DNA from: Gammaproteobacteria bacterium
GTDB taxonomy: Bacteria; Pseudomonadota; Gammaproteobacteria; Eutrophobiales; Eutrophobiaceae
Length of the DNA: 64,000 nucleotides
Reading direction: 5' to 3'
Assembly (NCBI GenBank): GCA_965116495.1
Contig: OZ220696.1
Span: 4,277,125 to 4,341,124 of the forward strand
Shown: positions 9,833 to 19,415 of the stretch, piece after piece
Numbering within the stretch: the stretch's first letter is position 1
Layout of the letters: each line of letters begins with the position of its first letter
Notes under the pieces: generated by a model
Told to the model about the DNA's origin: nothing
Database searches by the model: none
The model's input: only the letters and a program-made list of their open reading frames with translations
Program-made: the position numbers and the translations under genes

Positions 9833-10837
9833 TTACAGCCGCCATCGGCCTATTTCCTTTGCTTCGATAATGATCGGGTTCACCAGTGTCCCCAGACCGT
9901 CTATGCTGACTTCCACCGGGCCTTCGACAGTCTGGAAATCGGCATGATGGATGGATTTGCGGCCAGCCGAAGGCTTGAAGGCAGTGCCGCAGGAGATGAT
10001 ATCGCCCGGGTGAAGCGTATGGAACTGGCTGATGAAACTGATGATTTCCGCGACCTTGTAATTATAGTATCTGGTATTATCTTCAGCGATTAACTCATCC
10101 CCTGTCCTGCAGGAGACATTCAATTCATCCGGGTTCTCTATCTCATCCCCGGTTACCAGCCAGGGGCCTGAACACCCGAACGTATCGCAACCCTTGTAGC
10201 GCCCGGCGTAGGACAGGTGTTGCCTGACCCGTTCCGTCTCATCCGGGTTATCCTTTTTTGCGTACACCGCCCAGTATTCGAACAGGTCTTCGGCGCGCAT
10301 GTCGTTGCCGGTAATATCATTGAAGATACTGTAACCGAACACGGCATCCAGCGCCGCGGTGGCGGGAATATCCCGTGTCTCCGTACCGATGATAACCGCC
10401 AGTTCCGGCTCCGGGTGCACGCTGCCGTAATAGGGACGGATGCGTATGGGCTGTTGGTGCCCTGCCAGGCAGGAGGCGGGTTTCAGGAAAAACGCCGGGT
10501 GTGCCGGCGCGGAGATTTTTCTCTCGTTGCTCGCCGAGTTGTTCATGGCGACGCCGCAGATTTTACCCGGAGACGGGACAGGTGGACGCCAGCTTACCTG
10601 TTCCATCGCGATAATATGCTCCTGGTATCGTTCTTCGGCAAGCATGTTCAGGGCGACGCTGATTTTTTTCACCAGTTGCTCCCCGCCCCGGATCAGGTCC
10701 TGCATCGAAGTCACCGCCAACCCCTTGAATTGAAAAGGCGATACCGAGAGCAGGCCGTTAACCTCCACCAGCCTGTCCTCGTCAAGACGGACCACGATCC
10801 GGTCCTCCCCGCCATGAATGACAGTGGCAAGCTTCAT
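9833..10837 (-). CDS. Fumarylacetoacetate hydrolase family protein
   Basis: PGKICGVAMN, FLKP, HPEPELAVIIG, GYSIFNDIT, K..DTF...GPW, TLHPGDIIS.GT. Confidence 0.9.
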   Translation of the reverse strand: MKLATVIHGGEDRIVVRLDEDRLVEVNGLLSVSPFQFKGLAVTSMQDLIRGGEQLVKKISVALNMLAEERYQEHIIAMEQVSWRPPVPSPGKICGVAMNNSASNERKISAPAHPAFFLKPASCLAGHQQPIRIRPYYGSVHPEPELAVIIGTETRDIPATAALDAVFGYSIFNDITGNDMRAEDLFEYWAVYAKKDNPDETERVRQHLSYAGRYKGCDTFGCSGPWLVTGDEIENPDELNVSCRTGDELIAEDNTRYYNYKVAEIISFISQFHTLHPGDIISCGTAFKPSAGRKSIHHADFQTVEGPVEVSIDGLGTLVNPIIIEAKEIGRWRL

Positions 10838-10841
10838 GGCT

Positions 10842-12119
10842 TCACGGGTTCCGGTATACGCCGGACCGGCGGTCGGGATAAGGACCCAGCAGGGCTATCA
10901 GGATAGTTCCGATAACGACGATACCGGCCACCACCCACAGTGCGCCGATGTAATTACCGGCCCTGTCGTAGTACAGTCCCATCAGCGGCGCGCCGACCAT
11001 CGATCCCAGTTGAAACGCCGCAAACATGACACCGTAGATGAGGCCGAACGCGCGCGGGCCGAAGTAGCGGCTGCAGATATAGGCTATTTCACTGATCTCC
11101 GACCCTGTAGCCATGCCCACGCAGACGGCGGCGACAAACACCAGTACGCCGGCCGTCCCCGTAGCCAGGATGACGATGCCTGCCAGCAGGCCCAGCAGGA
11201 AACAGGCGGCAACGTAAGGCGCAAAGAAATAATCCATCAGGAATCCCGCCAGGACGCGCCCGGCAATGAGACCCAGGGCAAGGGCGCTCATACACAGGGC
11301 GGCGCTTGCCGGCGCCACGCCGCGGTCCATCAGCATGGGGACCAGGTGGGCGAGAACGCTGGTGATGCCGATGCCCACCAGCAGGAACGAGACCAGGATC
11401 AGCCAGAAACTGTGGGTTCTCGCGGCCTGCGGGCATGACAGCCCCGGAACCTCAACGTCAACAGGGACAGGGTCATCGTCCGCGCTGCTGTGTTCCGGCG
11501 GGTCCCCATCCGGCTCAAGTCCCGTTTCTGCCGGACTTTCCTTCAGGACGAATACTGCCATGGGCAATGCCAGGGCGAAAATGGCCGCGGCGAACCCGGC
11601 GTAAGCCATGCGCCAGCCGTGCTCCTCGATCATCATTTGTGCGAACACGGGCACCAGCATCGCGCCGACGCCGAACCCGGCAAGGGAGATGCCCAGGGCG
11701 ATGCCGCGGCGCCGGGAGAACCAGGCGATCAGGACGCGTGAATAACTCTGGGGCAGGGTGCCTGCGCCCAGCAACGGGATCAGGAAATACAGCAGGTAGA
11801 AATGCCACAGGTTGGCGCTGAGCAGGGTCATGGAGGCAACCGTCAGACCCATCAGGATGACGGACGGGATCAATACCCGCCGGACACCGAATTTATCGAT
11901 AATGAGGCCGAGGCAGGGAGAGGCGACGACCACGGCGAAATTGGTCATCGTTACGGCAAAGGATAATTCACCCCGGGTCCAGCCGAACTCATCCTGCAGG
12001 GGTTTAACGAAGACGCCGAAAGCGAATATCGTGAACATCGCATAGCTCAGGCCCATACCGACAAAACCGGTGGCGACGTTCCACCAGCCGTAGAAGATCC
12101 CGGGTGGTTTGTGACTCAC
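10842..12119 (-). CDS. MFS transporter
   Basis: About 12 hydrophobic segments, G.IIDKFGVRR motif A, WFSRRRG.ALG. Confidence 0.9.
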   Translation of the reverse strand: MSHKPPGIFYGWWNVATGFVGMGLSYAMFTIFAFGVFVKPLQDEFGWTRGELSFAVTMTNFAVVVASPCLGLIIDKFGVRRVLIPSVILMGLTVASMTLLSANLWHFYLLYFLIPLLGAGTLPQSYSRVLIAWFSRRRGIALGISLAGFGVGAMLVPVFAQMMIEEHGWRMAYAGFAAAIFALALPMAVFVLKESPAETGLEPDGDPPEHSSADDDPVPVDVEVPGLSCPQAARTHSFWLILVSFLLVGIGITSVLAHLVPMLMDRGVAPASAALCMSALALGLIAGRVLAGFLMDYFFAPYVAACFLLGLLAGIVILATGTAGVLVFVAAVCVGMATGSEISEIAYICSRYFGPRAFGLIYGVMFAAFQLGSMVGAPLMGLYYDRAGNYIGALWVVAGIVVIGTILIALLGPYPDRRSGVYRNP

Positions 12120-12144
12120 AGGTCCTGTTGTTCAGGGATATAGA

Positions 12145-13059
12145 CTATAACTGTACTTCGTCAGCGAGGATATAACCCGGATTTGCCGTGTCTTCCAGCG
12201 ACCAGCCGCCCATCAGGTAATGATGCACGATGCGTATGGCCGTCAGGCCGACGTGTTCGGCGAAACCGTCCAGGTCGCCGAACCGGTCTTTCAGTTTGTT
12301 CATGACATAACCCTGCATGGGGTCATAAGCCCAGATGGGAACGAATTCCACGAAAGCCTGCTGGCAGGCTTCCTGCACTGCCTCTATGTAATCGCAGCCC
12401 TTGATAAAGCCCGCCCGGTCGGTAACCCCGTACCGCCCGGGAACAAATGTCTCCCAGTCCAGCTCCAGGAAGCCGCGCATGAACCTGACGAAGTTGGCCA
12501 GGTGGATATCCGGCAGCAGGCCGTAGCGGGCATTGGCGAAGATGGTGTCGGACGAGAACAACAGTTTTTCATCGGCGAACCAGGCAGCCAGGTTGCCGGA
12601 ACCGTGGGTGGGCCCCGGGTTTAACAAGACCAGGTCTGTGCCGTCCGCCGTTATCCTGTTTTCCGCACCGGAAATAATCCGGGTGGGTTGGCGCTGCCCT
12701 TCTGCCTGACGCAGTTTGATGACCCTGGCGCACATCTCATCGGCGATGATTTCCGCGCCCGGCGCCAGGTCGGCGGCAAAGCCGGCATGGTCCAGGTGGT
12801 CGTGGGAATAGATGATCGTGCTGATTTCCTTGCCGGGGATGGCCCGGTTGACGGCGCGCCCGTAGGCGCGCGCCCTGCCGGGTGTGCCGAAGGTGTCGAA
12901 GGCGACTATGCCGTCCCGGCCATCGAGAAAAATGGTCCGGACTACCCCGTCGCTGATCGTCCACAGGCGCTCCGATAACTGCTCAACCGACATTTCCGGT
13001 TCGAAGGCCAGGTATGCCTGGGCCTTGTCCGAAGTAAATAACCCCCTGTTCTCAGTCAT
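12145..13059 (-). CDS. Metallo-beta-lactamase fold protein, paralogue 2
   Basis: YSHDHLDH, GPTHG.GN, SSD; the last His is replaced (VPGRY). Confidence 0.8.
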   Translation of the reverse strand: MTENRGLFTSDKAQAYLAFEPEMSVEQLSERLWTISDGVVRTIFLDGRDGIVAFDTFGTPGRARAYGRAVNRAIPGKEISTIIYSHDHLDHAGFAADLAPGAEIIADEMCARVIKLRQAEGQRQPTRIISGAENRITADGTDLVLLNPGPTHGSGNLAAWFADEKLLFSSDTIFANARYGLLPDIHLANFVRFMRGFLELDWETFVPGRYGVTDRAGFIKGCDYIEAVQEACQQAFVEFVPIWAYDPMQGYVMNKLKDRFGDLDGFAEHVGLTAIRIVHHYLMGGWSLEDTANPGYILADEVQL

Positions 13060-13069
13060 GTTCTTCCGG

Positions 13070-14011
13070 CTAGAATGGGGTGGTTTCCGGCTCGAAATTA
13101 CCTTCAATACCCCAGCCGCCGGTCAGGTATTCCTGCATGTACCTGGACAGGTTCATGGCGCAGTATTCATGGTAACGGAACAGGTTGCCGAACGACCCCG
13201 ACAGTTTTTCCCCGGTGTAGCGGCACACGCCGTCCCAGTCGTGGGGGTCAAGCCCGTCGATAATGGCCTGCTGGGCAAATCCGGCCATCAGGTCGTAGTA
13301 TTCAAGGTTATCCATGAAGCCCTGCCGGTCCATGATCCAGAAATGGCCGGGGACGAACACGTCCCAGTCAAGACTCAGGAAACGCTTCATGCAGGGGACA
13401 TAGGGTTTGAAATGCCAGTCAGGGAAGAACGTGTAACCGACCCCGGGGATTACGGTATCCACCATGAACAGGACCTTGCTCTGCGGAAACCAGGCCGCGA
13501 TATTGCCGTCACCGTGGGTCGGGCCGGGATAGAGCAACTCGAAATAGACGCCGTCGATCTCATAGGCTTTGCGCTCGCCGTCCCAGGCTTCCGTTACCGG
13601 GGTCTGGCCGTCGGATTTTCTTGCCGCGACCACCTCGGCGCACAATTTATGGGCAATGATGTCCGCGTCCGGCGCCAGGTCCGCGGCATAACCGGCATGG
13701 TCGAGGTGATCGTGGGAGTAGACGACGGTGTGAACGGGTTTTTGGGGAAATACCCGGCCGATGGCCCCGGCGTAGGCTCGGGCGGTGCCGGGCGTGGTCA
13801 GGGTGTCGAAGGCGATGACGCCCTTGTTTCCTTCCAGGAATATGGAGCGGTAAATGCCTTCGCTGACGGACCAGATTTTATCGCGTACGGGGCTGTAGGA
13901 AATATCCCGCCAGGCCCCCATGATGGGGTGGGGCGCCGGGATGGTAAATATACCGCAATGGTCACATTCGGGGTGGCCTGCGTCATTAGTGCCGTTTTCC
14001 TCTTCGCTCAC
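13070..14011 (-). CDS. Metallo-beta-lactamase fold protein, paralogue 1
   Basis: YSHDHLDH, GPTHGDGN, MVD, VPGH; GTG start inferred 1 nt after the rpsI stop. Confidence 0.8.
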   Translation of the reverse strand: MSEEENGTNDAGHPECDHCGIFTIPAPHPIMGAWRDISYSPVRDKIWSVSEGIYRSIFLEGNKGVIAFDTLTTPGTARAYAGAIGRVFPQKPVHTVVYSHDHLDHAGYAADLAPDADIIAHKLCAEVVAARKSDGQTPVTEAWDGERKAYEIDGVYFELLYPGPTHGDGNIAAWFPQSKVLFMVDTVIPGVGYTFFPDWHFKPYVPCMKRFLSLDWDVFVPGHFWIMDRQGFMDNLEYYDLMAGFAQQAIIDGLDPHDWDGVCRYTGEKLSGSFGNLFRYHEYCAMNLSRYMQEYLTGGWGIEGNFEPETTPF

Positions 14012-14012
14012 G

Positions 14013-14405
14013 TTATCGTTTGCTGTATTGCGGCCGTTTCCTGGCTTTGTGCAGGCCGACCTTTTTACGTTCCACTTCGCGGGCATCGCGGGTGACAAAG
14101 CCGGCCTGGCGCAGTGTCTTGCGCAGGCTTTCGTCGTATTTCATCAGTGCTCGGGTGATCCCATGACGAATTGCGCCGGCCTGGCCGGAGATTCCACCGC
14201 CGCTGACGCTGACGCTGATGTCGAAATTTTTCAACATGTCGAGCCTTTCCAGGGGTTGCTGAACGATCATCCTGCCGGTTTCCCTGCCGAAATATTGTTC
14301 CATGGTGCGGTTATTGATGACGATATTGCCGCCACCTTTCTTTAAAAACACCCGCGCGCTGGAGCTCTTCCTGCGGCCGGTACTGTAATAAATCTCGTCT
14401 GCCAT
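14013..14405 (-). CDS. rpsI: 30S ribosomal protein S9
   Basis: [46 protein letters not shown]. Confidence 0.99.
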   Translation of the reverse strand: MADEIYYSTGRRKSSSARVFLKKGGGNIVINNRTMEQYFGRETGRMIVQQPLERLDMLKNFDISVSVSGGGISGQAGAIRHGITRALMKYDESLRKTLRQAGFVTRDAREVERKKVGLHKARKRPQYSKR

Positions 14406-14435
14406 GATTATATGTCTGAAGGTTGATGAGTCTTG

Positions 14436-14864
14436 TTATAGTTCCAGTGGTTTCGGCTGTTGCGCGGCATGGCGATGATTGGCATCGGCATAAACCCGCA
14501 ATTTGCGGAACAGGTCCCGCCCCAGGGGGCCTTTCGGCAGCATTCCCTTGACCGCTTTTTCGATCACCCGTTCCGGTTTGGACCGGATCAGTTTCTCGAA
14601 GGTGGTTGATTTGATGCCGCCTGGATAACCGGTATGGCGATAATAGGTCTTGTCGCTGGCCTTGTTGCCGGTTACCTGGACGTCTTTTGCGTTGATCACG
14701 ATCACGTAATCGCCGGTGTCCATGTGCGGCGTATATTCCGGTTTGTGTTTCCCGCGCAGCCGCCGCGCAATCCCGGTGGCAAGCCTGCCCAGGACTTTAC
14801 CCCTGGCGTCGACTATATACCAGTCATGTTTACTATCTGCCGGCGTTGCCGTGTAGGTTTTCAT
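14436..14864 (-). CDS. rplM: 50S ribosomal protein L13
   Basis: [48 protein letters not shown]. Confidence 0.99.
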   Translation of the reverse strand: MKTYTATPADSKHDWYIVDARGKVLGRLATGIARRLRGKHKPEYTPHMDTGDYVIVINAKDVQVTGNKASDKTYYRHTGYPGGIKSTTFEKLIRSKPERVIEKAVKGMLPKGPLGRDLFRKLRVYADANHRHAAQQPKPLEL

Positions 14865-14949
14865 CGAACTTCACTGAACCGTAATAAAAGCGCCGATCAT
14901 ACGGATTGTCCCGTTTGCTGTCAATGTTATTCTCACAATTCAGCACCAC

Positions 14950-15023
14950 AATTCAGGACACCCACAAATTCAATTTATGGGTGTCCTGAATTTGCGAATT
15001 GAATTTATGGGTGTCCTGAATTT
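14950..15023. repeat. Family A palindromic repeat, three arms
   Basis: aattcaggacacccacaaatt followed by two aatttatgggtgtcctgaatt. Confidence 0.88.
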
Positions 15024-15108
15024 GCGTTAAATATCATCGCAGGTGTATATGAAGCGCCCCAACTGTTATAGAATGTGCGTCTTTCAGCAGGTTTGATGAA
15101 TATTCGAT

Positions 15109-15744
15109 ATGAATAAACGTGCGTACAGTCTTCTGGATGAGCTGATCATCGGGTTCGACAAGGCCCTGGCCGGGTTTAAATCCGGCGACGCGCGCCCACA
15201 TCCGACCGTTGACGAAGCTGATGCCCGGATACAGGGCGCTGACAAGCGTCGCAGCGCCGCGCTGATGCGGGTCAATCACGCCGGGGAAGTGGCGGCCCAG
15301 GCCCTGTATGCCGGTCATGCCGTCGCCGCGAGGGATGCCGGAATACGCGCTTCCATGCTTGAGGCTGCCGCCGAGGAAAGCGATCACCTGAACTGGTGCG
15401 AGACCCGGGTCAGGGAACTCGGCAGCCATGTCAGTTACCTGACACCGGTCTGGTATGCCGGGTCGTTTGCCATAGGGGTCGCGGCCGGGTTGTCGGGTGA
15501 TAAATGGAACCTGGGTTTCGTGATGGAAACGGAGCTCCAGGTGGTCGAACACCTGGATAAGCACCTGGCGCTGTTGCCGGAGCAGGATCATAAAAGCAGA
15601 AAAATATTGCAACAGATGCGCCGCGATGAGCAGCAGCATGCATCCGTAGCCCAGGCCGCCGGTGCAGTTGAGTTGCCGCGACCGCTGAGAATAATGATGC
15701 GCTGTTGTGCAAAAGTGATGACGGGCAGCGCATACTGGCTGTGA
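15109..15744 (+). CDS. coq7: Demethoxyubiquinone hydroxylase Coq7
   Basis: LMRVNHAGEV.AQALY, EE.DHL.WC..R, GFV.ETE.QV..HL, M..DE..HA diiron motifs. Confidence 0.93.
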   Translation: MNKRAYSLLDELIIGFDKALAGFKSGDARPHPTVDEADARIQGADKRRSAALMRVNHAGEVAAQALYAGHAVAARDAGIRASMLEAAAEESDHLNWCETRVRELGSHVSYLTPVWYAGSFAIGVAAGLSGDKWNLGFVMETELQVVEHLDKHLALLPEQDHKSRKILQQMRRDEQQHASVAQAAGAVELPRPLRIMMRCCAKVMTGSAYWL

Positions 15745-15784
15745 CGGGTCAGGGAACTTTTACGATTAGTGCTCTCTAATAAGT

Positions 15785-16004
15785 AACTAAATAACTGTTC
15801 CTAACCCTCGGACACTTTCAAGGCTAAACAGAGATGATATTCAATTCCAGAGGCAGGCCCTCTCGTCATACCGGCGGATGCCAGTATCCAGAGAGCTTAT
15901 ATGAACGAACAGCTTTATTGGATGCTGGCATTCGCCAGCATGACGGATTGTTGTTATTTTACTCATATCGGAACTGTAGCAGGGTTAGGAACAGTTATTT
16001 AGTG
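15785..16004. mobile_element. MITE-like element with 23-bp perfect terminal inverted repeats and a 5-bp flanking duplication
   Basis: ACTAAATAACTGTTCCTAACCCT (15786-15808) vs AGGGTTAGGAACAGTTATTTAGT (15981-16003); TAAGT at 15780-84 and 16005-09. Confidence 0.7.
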
Positions 16005-16104
16005 TAAGTTGAGCAGCCGCCGTTCCTGCGGATCATGCCGTGTAACAAGGCTGACAAGATAACTATCAATACAATATGGGTGAATTCCCATGGGTGACTA
16101 TTTT

Positions 16105-17499
16105 ATGGCTAAACACTTCTTTTTGACCGCGGGCAGCGTGGTATCCCGCTCAGGCATGGCGCTGATCACGGCCCTGCTTTATCTGGGTTCCGCCCAGGCA
16201 GCCCTGCCCCGGGCAGTGGGTGGACAGGAAGTACCCAGTCTTGCCCCGATGCTGGAAGAGGTAACGCCGACCGTCGTTAATATCGCCACCGAAGGCCGGG
16301 TAAAGGTACGCCAGAATCCGTTATTCTCCGATCCGTTTTTCCGGCGCTTTTTCAATGTGCCGGACCAGCCCCAGGAAAGAAAAACCCAGAGTCTCGGTTC
16401 CGGGGTTATCGTCGATGCCGAACGCGGCCTGGTGCTGACCAACAATCACGTGATCGCCAATGCCGTGCAGGTCACCGTGACGTTGCGCGACGGGCGTCAC
16501 CTGGACGCAGAGATTGTCGGTTCCGACCCGGGAACGGACGTGGCCGTCATCAAGGTGCCGGCGGAAAAGCTGACTGATATCGGGGTTGCCGACTCGGACG
16601 ACTTGCGGGTCGGCGATTTCGTGGTGGCCATAGGCAACCCGTTCGGCCTGGGGCAGACGGTCACTTCCGGGATAGTCAGTGCGCTCAGCCGCAGCGGCCT
16701 GGGAATCGAAGGTTACGAGGACTTTATCCAGACGGACGCCTCCATCAACCCCGGCAATTCGGGTGGCGCCCTGGTGAACCTGGAAGGGGAACTGGTGGGC
16801 ATCAACACGGCCATATTTTCACGCGGTGGAGGCAATATCGGCATCGGTTTCGCAATTCCCATAAATCTCGCCCTGCAGATCATGGAGCAACTGCTTGACA
16901 AGGGGATGGTGGAACGGGGCTTCATCGGCGTCCAGGTGCAGAATTTAAATCCCGACCTGGCTGAGGCATTCGGGATAAAAAACCAGAAAGGCGCGATAGT
17001 AAACAGTGTATTGCCCGATTCGCCGGCAGAAGAGGCGGGTCTGCTGCCCGGAGATATCATTACAAGCATTAATTCAAAGCCGGTGAAAGCCGCCTCCGAC
17101 GTCAAGAATCATATTGGTTTATTGCCTGTGGGCGAACAGGTGATGTTCGAAGTCCTGCGGGACGGAGAAAGGATGACGATGAAAGCCGGGGTGGCTGCCA
17201 GCAAGGAGTTGATACTCTCCCAGAGGACACTTGACAAGCGGCTTGAGGGCATAACACTGGGTGATATTGAAGAAGGTCATCCTTATCACAGCAAAATCAA
17301 GGGGGTGATAATCACGGAAATCCAGCGTGGGTCCCGTGGCTGGTCCGCCGGCCTGAGAAAGGGCGATATCATTACATCGGTCAACCACAATCCTGTTACC
17401 GACCTGCGGGTCTTTTTGCAACTGGTTGATGACATCAAGAATGCCTTGCTGTTCAGGGTAATCAGGGGTGACGCCGCCGCCTTCCTCGTTATTAAATAA
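16105..17499 (+). CDS. degQ: DegQ/DegP family serine endoprotease (trypsin plus 2 PDZ)
   Basis: SLGSGVI, TNNHVI, D.AVI, IQTDASINPGNSGGAL, two PDZ domains. Confidence 0.92.
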   Translation: MAKHFFLTAGSVVSRSGMALITALLYLGSAQAALPRAVGGQEVPSLAPMLEEVTPTVVNIATEGRVKVRQNPLFSDPFFRRFFNVPDQPQERKTQSLGSGVIVDAERGLVLTNNHVIANAVQVTVTLRDGRHLDAEIVGSDPGTDVAVIKVPAEKLTDIGVADSDDLRVGDFVVAIGNPFGLGQTVTSGIVSALSRSGLGIEGYEDFIQTDASINPGNSGGALVNLEGELVGINTAIFSRGGGNIGIGFAIPINLALQIMEQLLDKGMVERGFIGVQVQNLNPDLAEAFGIKNQKGAIVNSVLPDSPAEEAGLLPGDIITSINSKPVKAASDVKNHIGLLPVGEQVMFEVLRDGERMTMKAGVAASKELILSQRTLDKRLEGITLGDIEEGHPYHSKIKGVIITEIQRGSRGWSAGLRKGDIITSVNHNPVTDLRVFLQLVDDIKNALLFRVIRGDAAAFLVIK

Positions 17500-17674
17500 G
17501 AATTAGGAATTACGAATTAGGAATGAATGTGCCGCCTATGGCGACGGTTTTTCAATGATTCGCATCTATTGGCGAGCAATATCAAGCCACATAGGAACGT
17601 AAGACCTCCAATTCTTAATTCCTAATTGCTAATTCCTAATTCCTAATTCTTAATTCTTAATTCTTAATTAATTC
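17500..17674. repeat. Heptamer-terminated element (AATTAGG/AATTACG arrays in inverted orientation), copy 1
   Basis: Left (aattagg/aattacg)n, right (cctaatt/cttaatt)n; core shared with 52894-53009. Confidence 0.8.
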
Positions 17675-18589
17675 CCGCCTGCCGGGGATGTCGCAGTGCC
17701 GGATCATCCGGCTGACCAGTTGCGCCAGTTGTTTTTTCGGGTAGGTATTGCGCCAGGCCAGGGCGACATCCCGTTCGGGTACGGGGTTTGCGAACGGCCG
17801 GTATTCAACCAGCTGGCCAAGCTCGTCGTGCTCCCGTATCGCGGTGGACGGCAGTATGGTGATGCCTGAACCGGTTGCCACCATCTGTTTGATTGTTTCT
17901 ATCGAACTGCCTTCCAGGGTCTGTTGTATTTTGTCCTTGGAAAAAGTATCGCTTTTGCAGGCCGGACAGACGTCCATGACCTGGTCCCTGAAACAATTGC
18001 CCGACTTCAGCAACAGCAGGGTTTCCTCGATCAGGTCGTTCGCCTTGATCTGTTTCTTGTCCGACAGCCAGTGGTTTTTCGGCAGCATGACCGTGAACGG
18101 TTCCTTGTACAATACTTCCAGTGTTGTTCCCGGCTGTTCAAACGGCGTGGAGATGATCATCATGTCGAGTTCGCCGCGTTTAAGTTGTCCGGCGAGATTC
18201 AGCGTGAAATTCTCTTCGATGATGAGCGTCAGGTCGGGAGCCTCCCGGTTGAGCAGGGGAATGAGGTGCGGCAGGAGAAACGGTCCGATTGTGTAGATGA
18301 CGCCCAGTTTCAGCGCACCCTTCAACTGGTCTTTCTCCGTCCCGGCGACGGTCTTGATGGCGTTTACCTGCTCCAGCACGGTAATTGCCTGCTCAACGAT
18401 ACGCCGGCCTATCGGGGTAATCGTGACGTCATGGGGGCGCCGTTCAAAAATTGTCACGTCAAGTTCTTCTTCCAGTTTCTTGATGGCCACGCTGAGTGTC
18501 GGTTGGCTGACGAAACAGGCGGCGGCGGCCCGGCCGAAGTGCAGTTCGCGGGATACCGCGACGATATAGCGTAGCTCGGTTAAGGTCAT
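17657..18589 (-). CDS. oxyR: LysR regulator OxyR
   Basis: MTLTELRYIVAV..E.HFGRAA..CFVSQPTLS, GNCFRDQV..VCP (two redox Cys), GSS.ETI. Confidence 0.88.
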   Translation of the reverse strand: MTLTELRYIVAVSRELHFGRAAAACFVSQPTLSVAIKKLEEELDVTIFERRPHDVTITPIGRRIVEQAITVLEQVNAIKTVAGTEKDQLKGALKLGVIYTIGPFLLPHLIPLLNREAPDLTLIIEENFTLNLAGQLKRGELDMMIISTPFEQPGTTLEVLYKEPFTVMLPKNHWLSDKKQIKANDLIEETLLLLKSGNCFRDQVMDVCPACKSDTFSKDKIQQTLEGSSIETIKQMVATGSGITILPSTAIREHDELGQLVEYRPFANPVPERDVALAWRNTYPKKQLAQLVSRMIRHCDIPGRRELIKN

Positions 18590-18599
18590 GGGTACGGCT

Positions 18600-19403
18600 T
18601 CAGCGGGTAAGTGAGGCTTTCGCCCGGTCGAAAGGGAATTGCCCGACCCCGGATGGTGAAGAATGAAGCGTTTTCAGTAAGGCAAGGTCGACATAATTGC
18701 GGTCGAACGACTCGCCTGCCGACATCCAGAAGGGATTGCCGGGTTCCCCCAGGTGGTTTATAACCAGTGATGCGCCGGCGAAATCATTATCGATAGTCAG
18801 GGGATGCGTCGTGATAATCGTCTTTATTCCCGCCGCAAGCGCGGCAAGATTACCGTTCGTCGTATCTTCTATTGCGATACAGCTTTCCCCCTTGAAGTCC
18901 AGTTTTTCCAGTGTGTGTTCATACACTGCCGGAGAGGGTTTCTTGTCTGCAACGAGATCGCAGGTGACTACGGTTGCAAAAAGTTCCCTGCCATAGTTCC
19001 CGAACGCACTGTGCAGCAGGGTATTGGCGTTTTCCGCCGAAGAGCTTGTCGCGATTGCCAGTTTCAGATCGGCCTGTCTGCATTCCCTGATCAGCCGGCG
19101 GATGCCCGGGCGTAACTCGATGTTGCTCTCCACCAGTATTTCCCTGTACAGGACCGATTTTCTCTGGTGCACGGTGTCCGTAGTCCGGTGCAATCCGTCA
19201 TCAGCCATGCCGGAGCGGCGCAGGCAATGGTAAATTCGTTCCTTGCCGCCGGAAATGGATAGCAGTTGTTTGTACTCGCGGCGCGACCAGTTCAGGGGGC
19301 AACCGCACTCCTCAAACGCAAGATTAAAGGCCTGGCGATGCAACTCTTCCGTGTCGGCAAGGGTCCCGTCCATGTCAAAGATAATTGCCTTGAGTTCGCT
19401 TAT
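18600..19403 (-). CDS. CbbY-like HAD-IA hydrolase with apparent ATA start
   Basis: LKAIIFDMDGTLADTE..HR.AFN.AF, GGKER, ATSS, KKP.P..Y, IED..NG; motif I extends upstream of the ORF-track Met. Confidence 0.8.
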   Translation of the reverse strand: MSELKAIIFDMDGTLADTEELHRQAFNLAFEECGCPLNWSRREYKQLLSISGGKERIYHCLRRSGMADDGLHRTTDTVHQRKSVLYREILVESNIELRPGIRRLIRECRQADLKLAIATSSSAENANTLLHSAFGNYGRELFATVVTCDLVADKKPSPAVYEHTLEKLDFKGESCIAIEDTTNGNLAALAAGIKTIITTHPLTIDNDFAGASLVINHLGEPGNPFWMSAGESFDRNYVDLALLKTLHSSPSGVGQFPFDRAKASLTR

Positions 19404-19415
19404 CGCCTGTCTCCA

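Noticed and set aside
18600-19403. CbbY as evidence for a Calvin cycle locus
   Set aside because: No RuBisCO or phosphoribulokinase genes in the window, and CbbY-like HADs are widespread.
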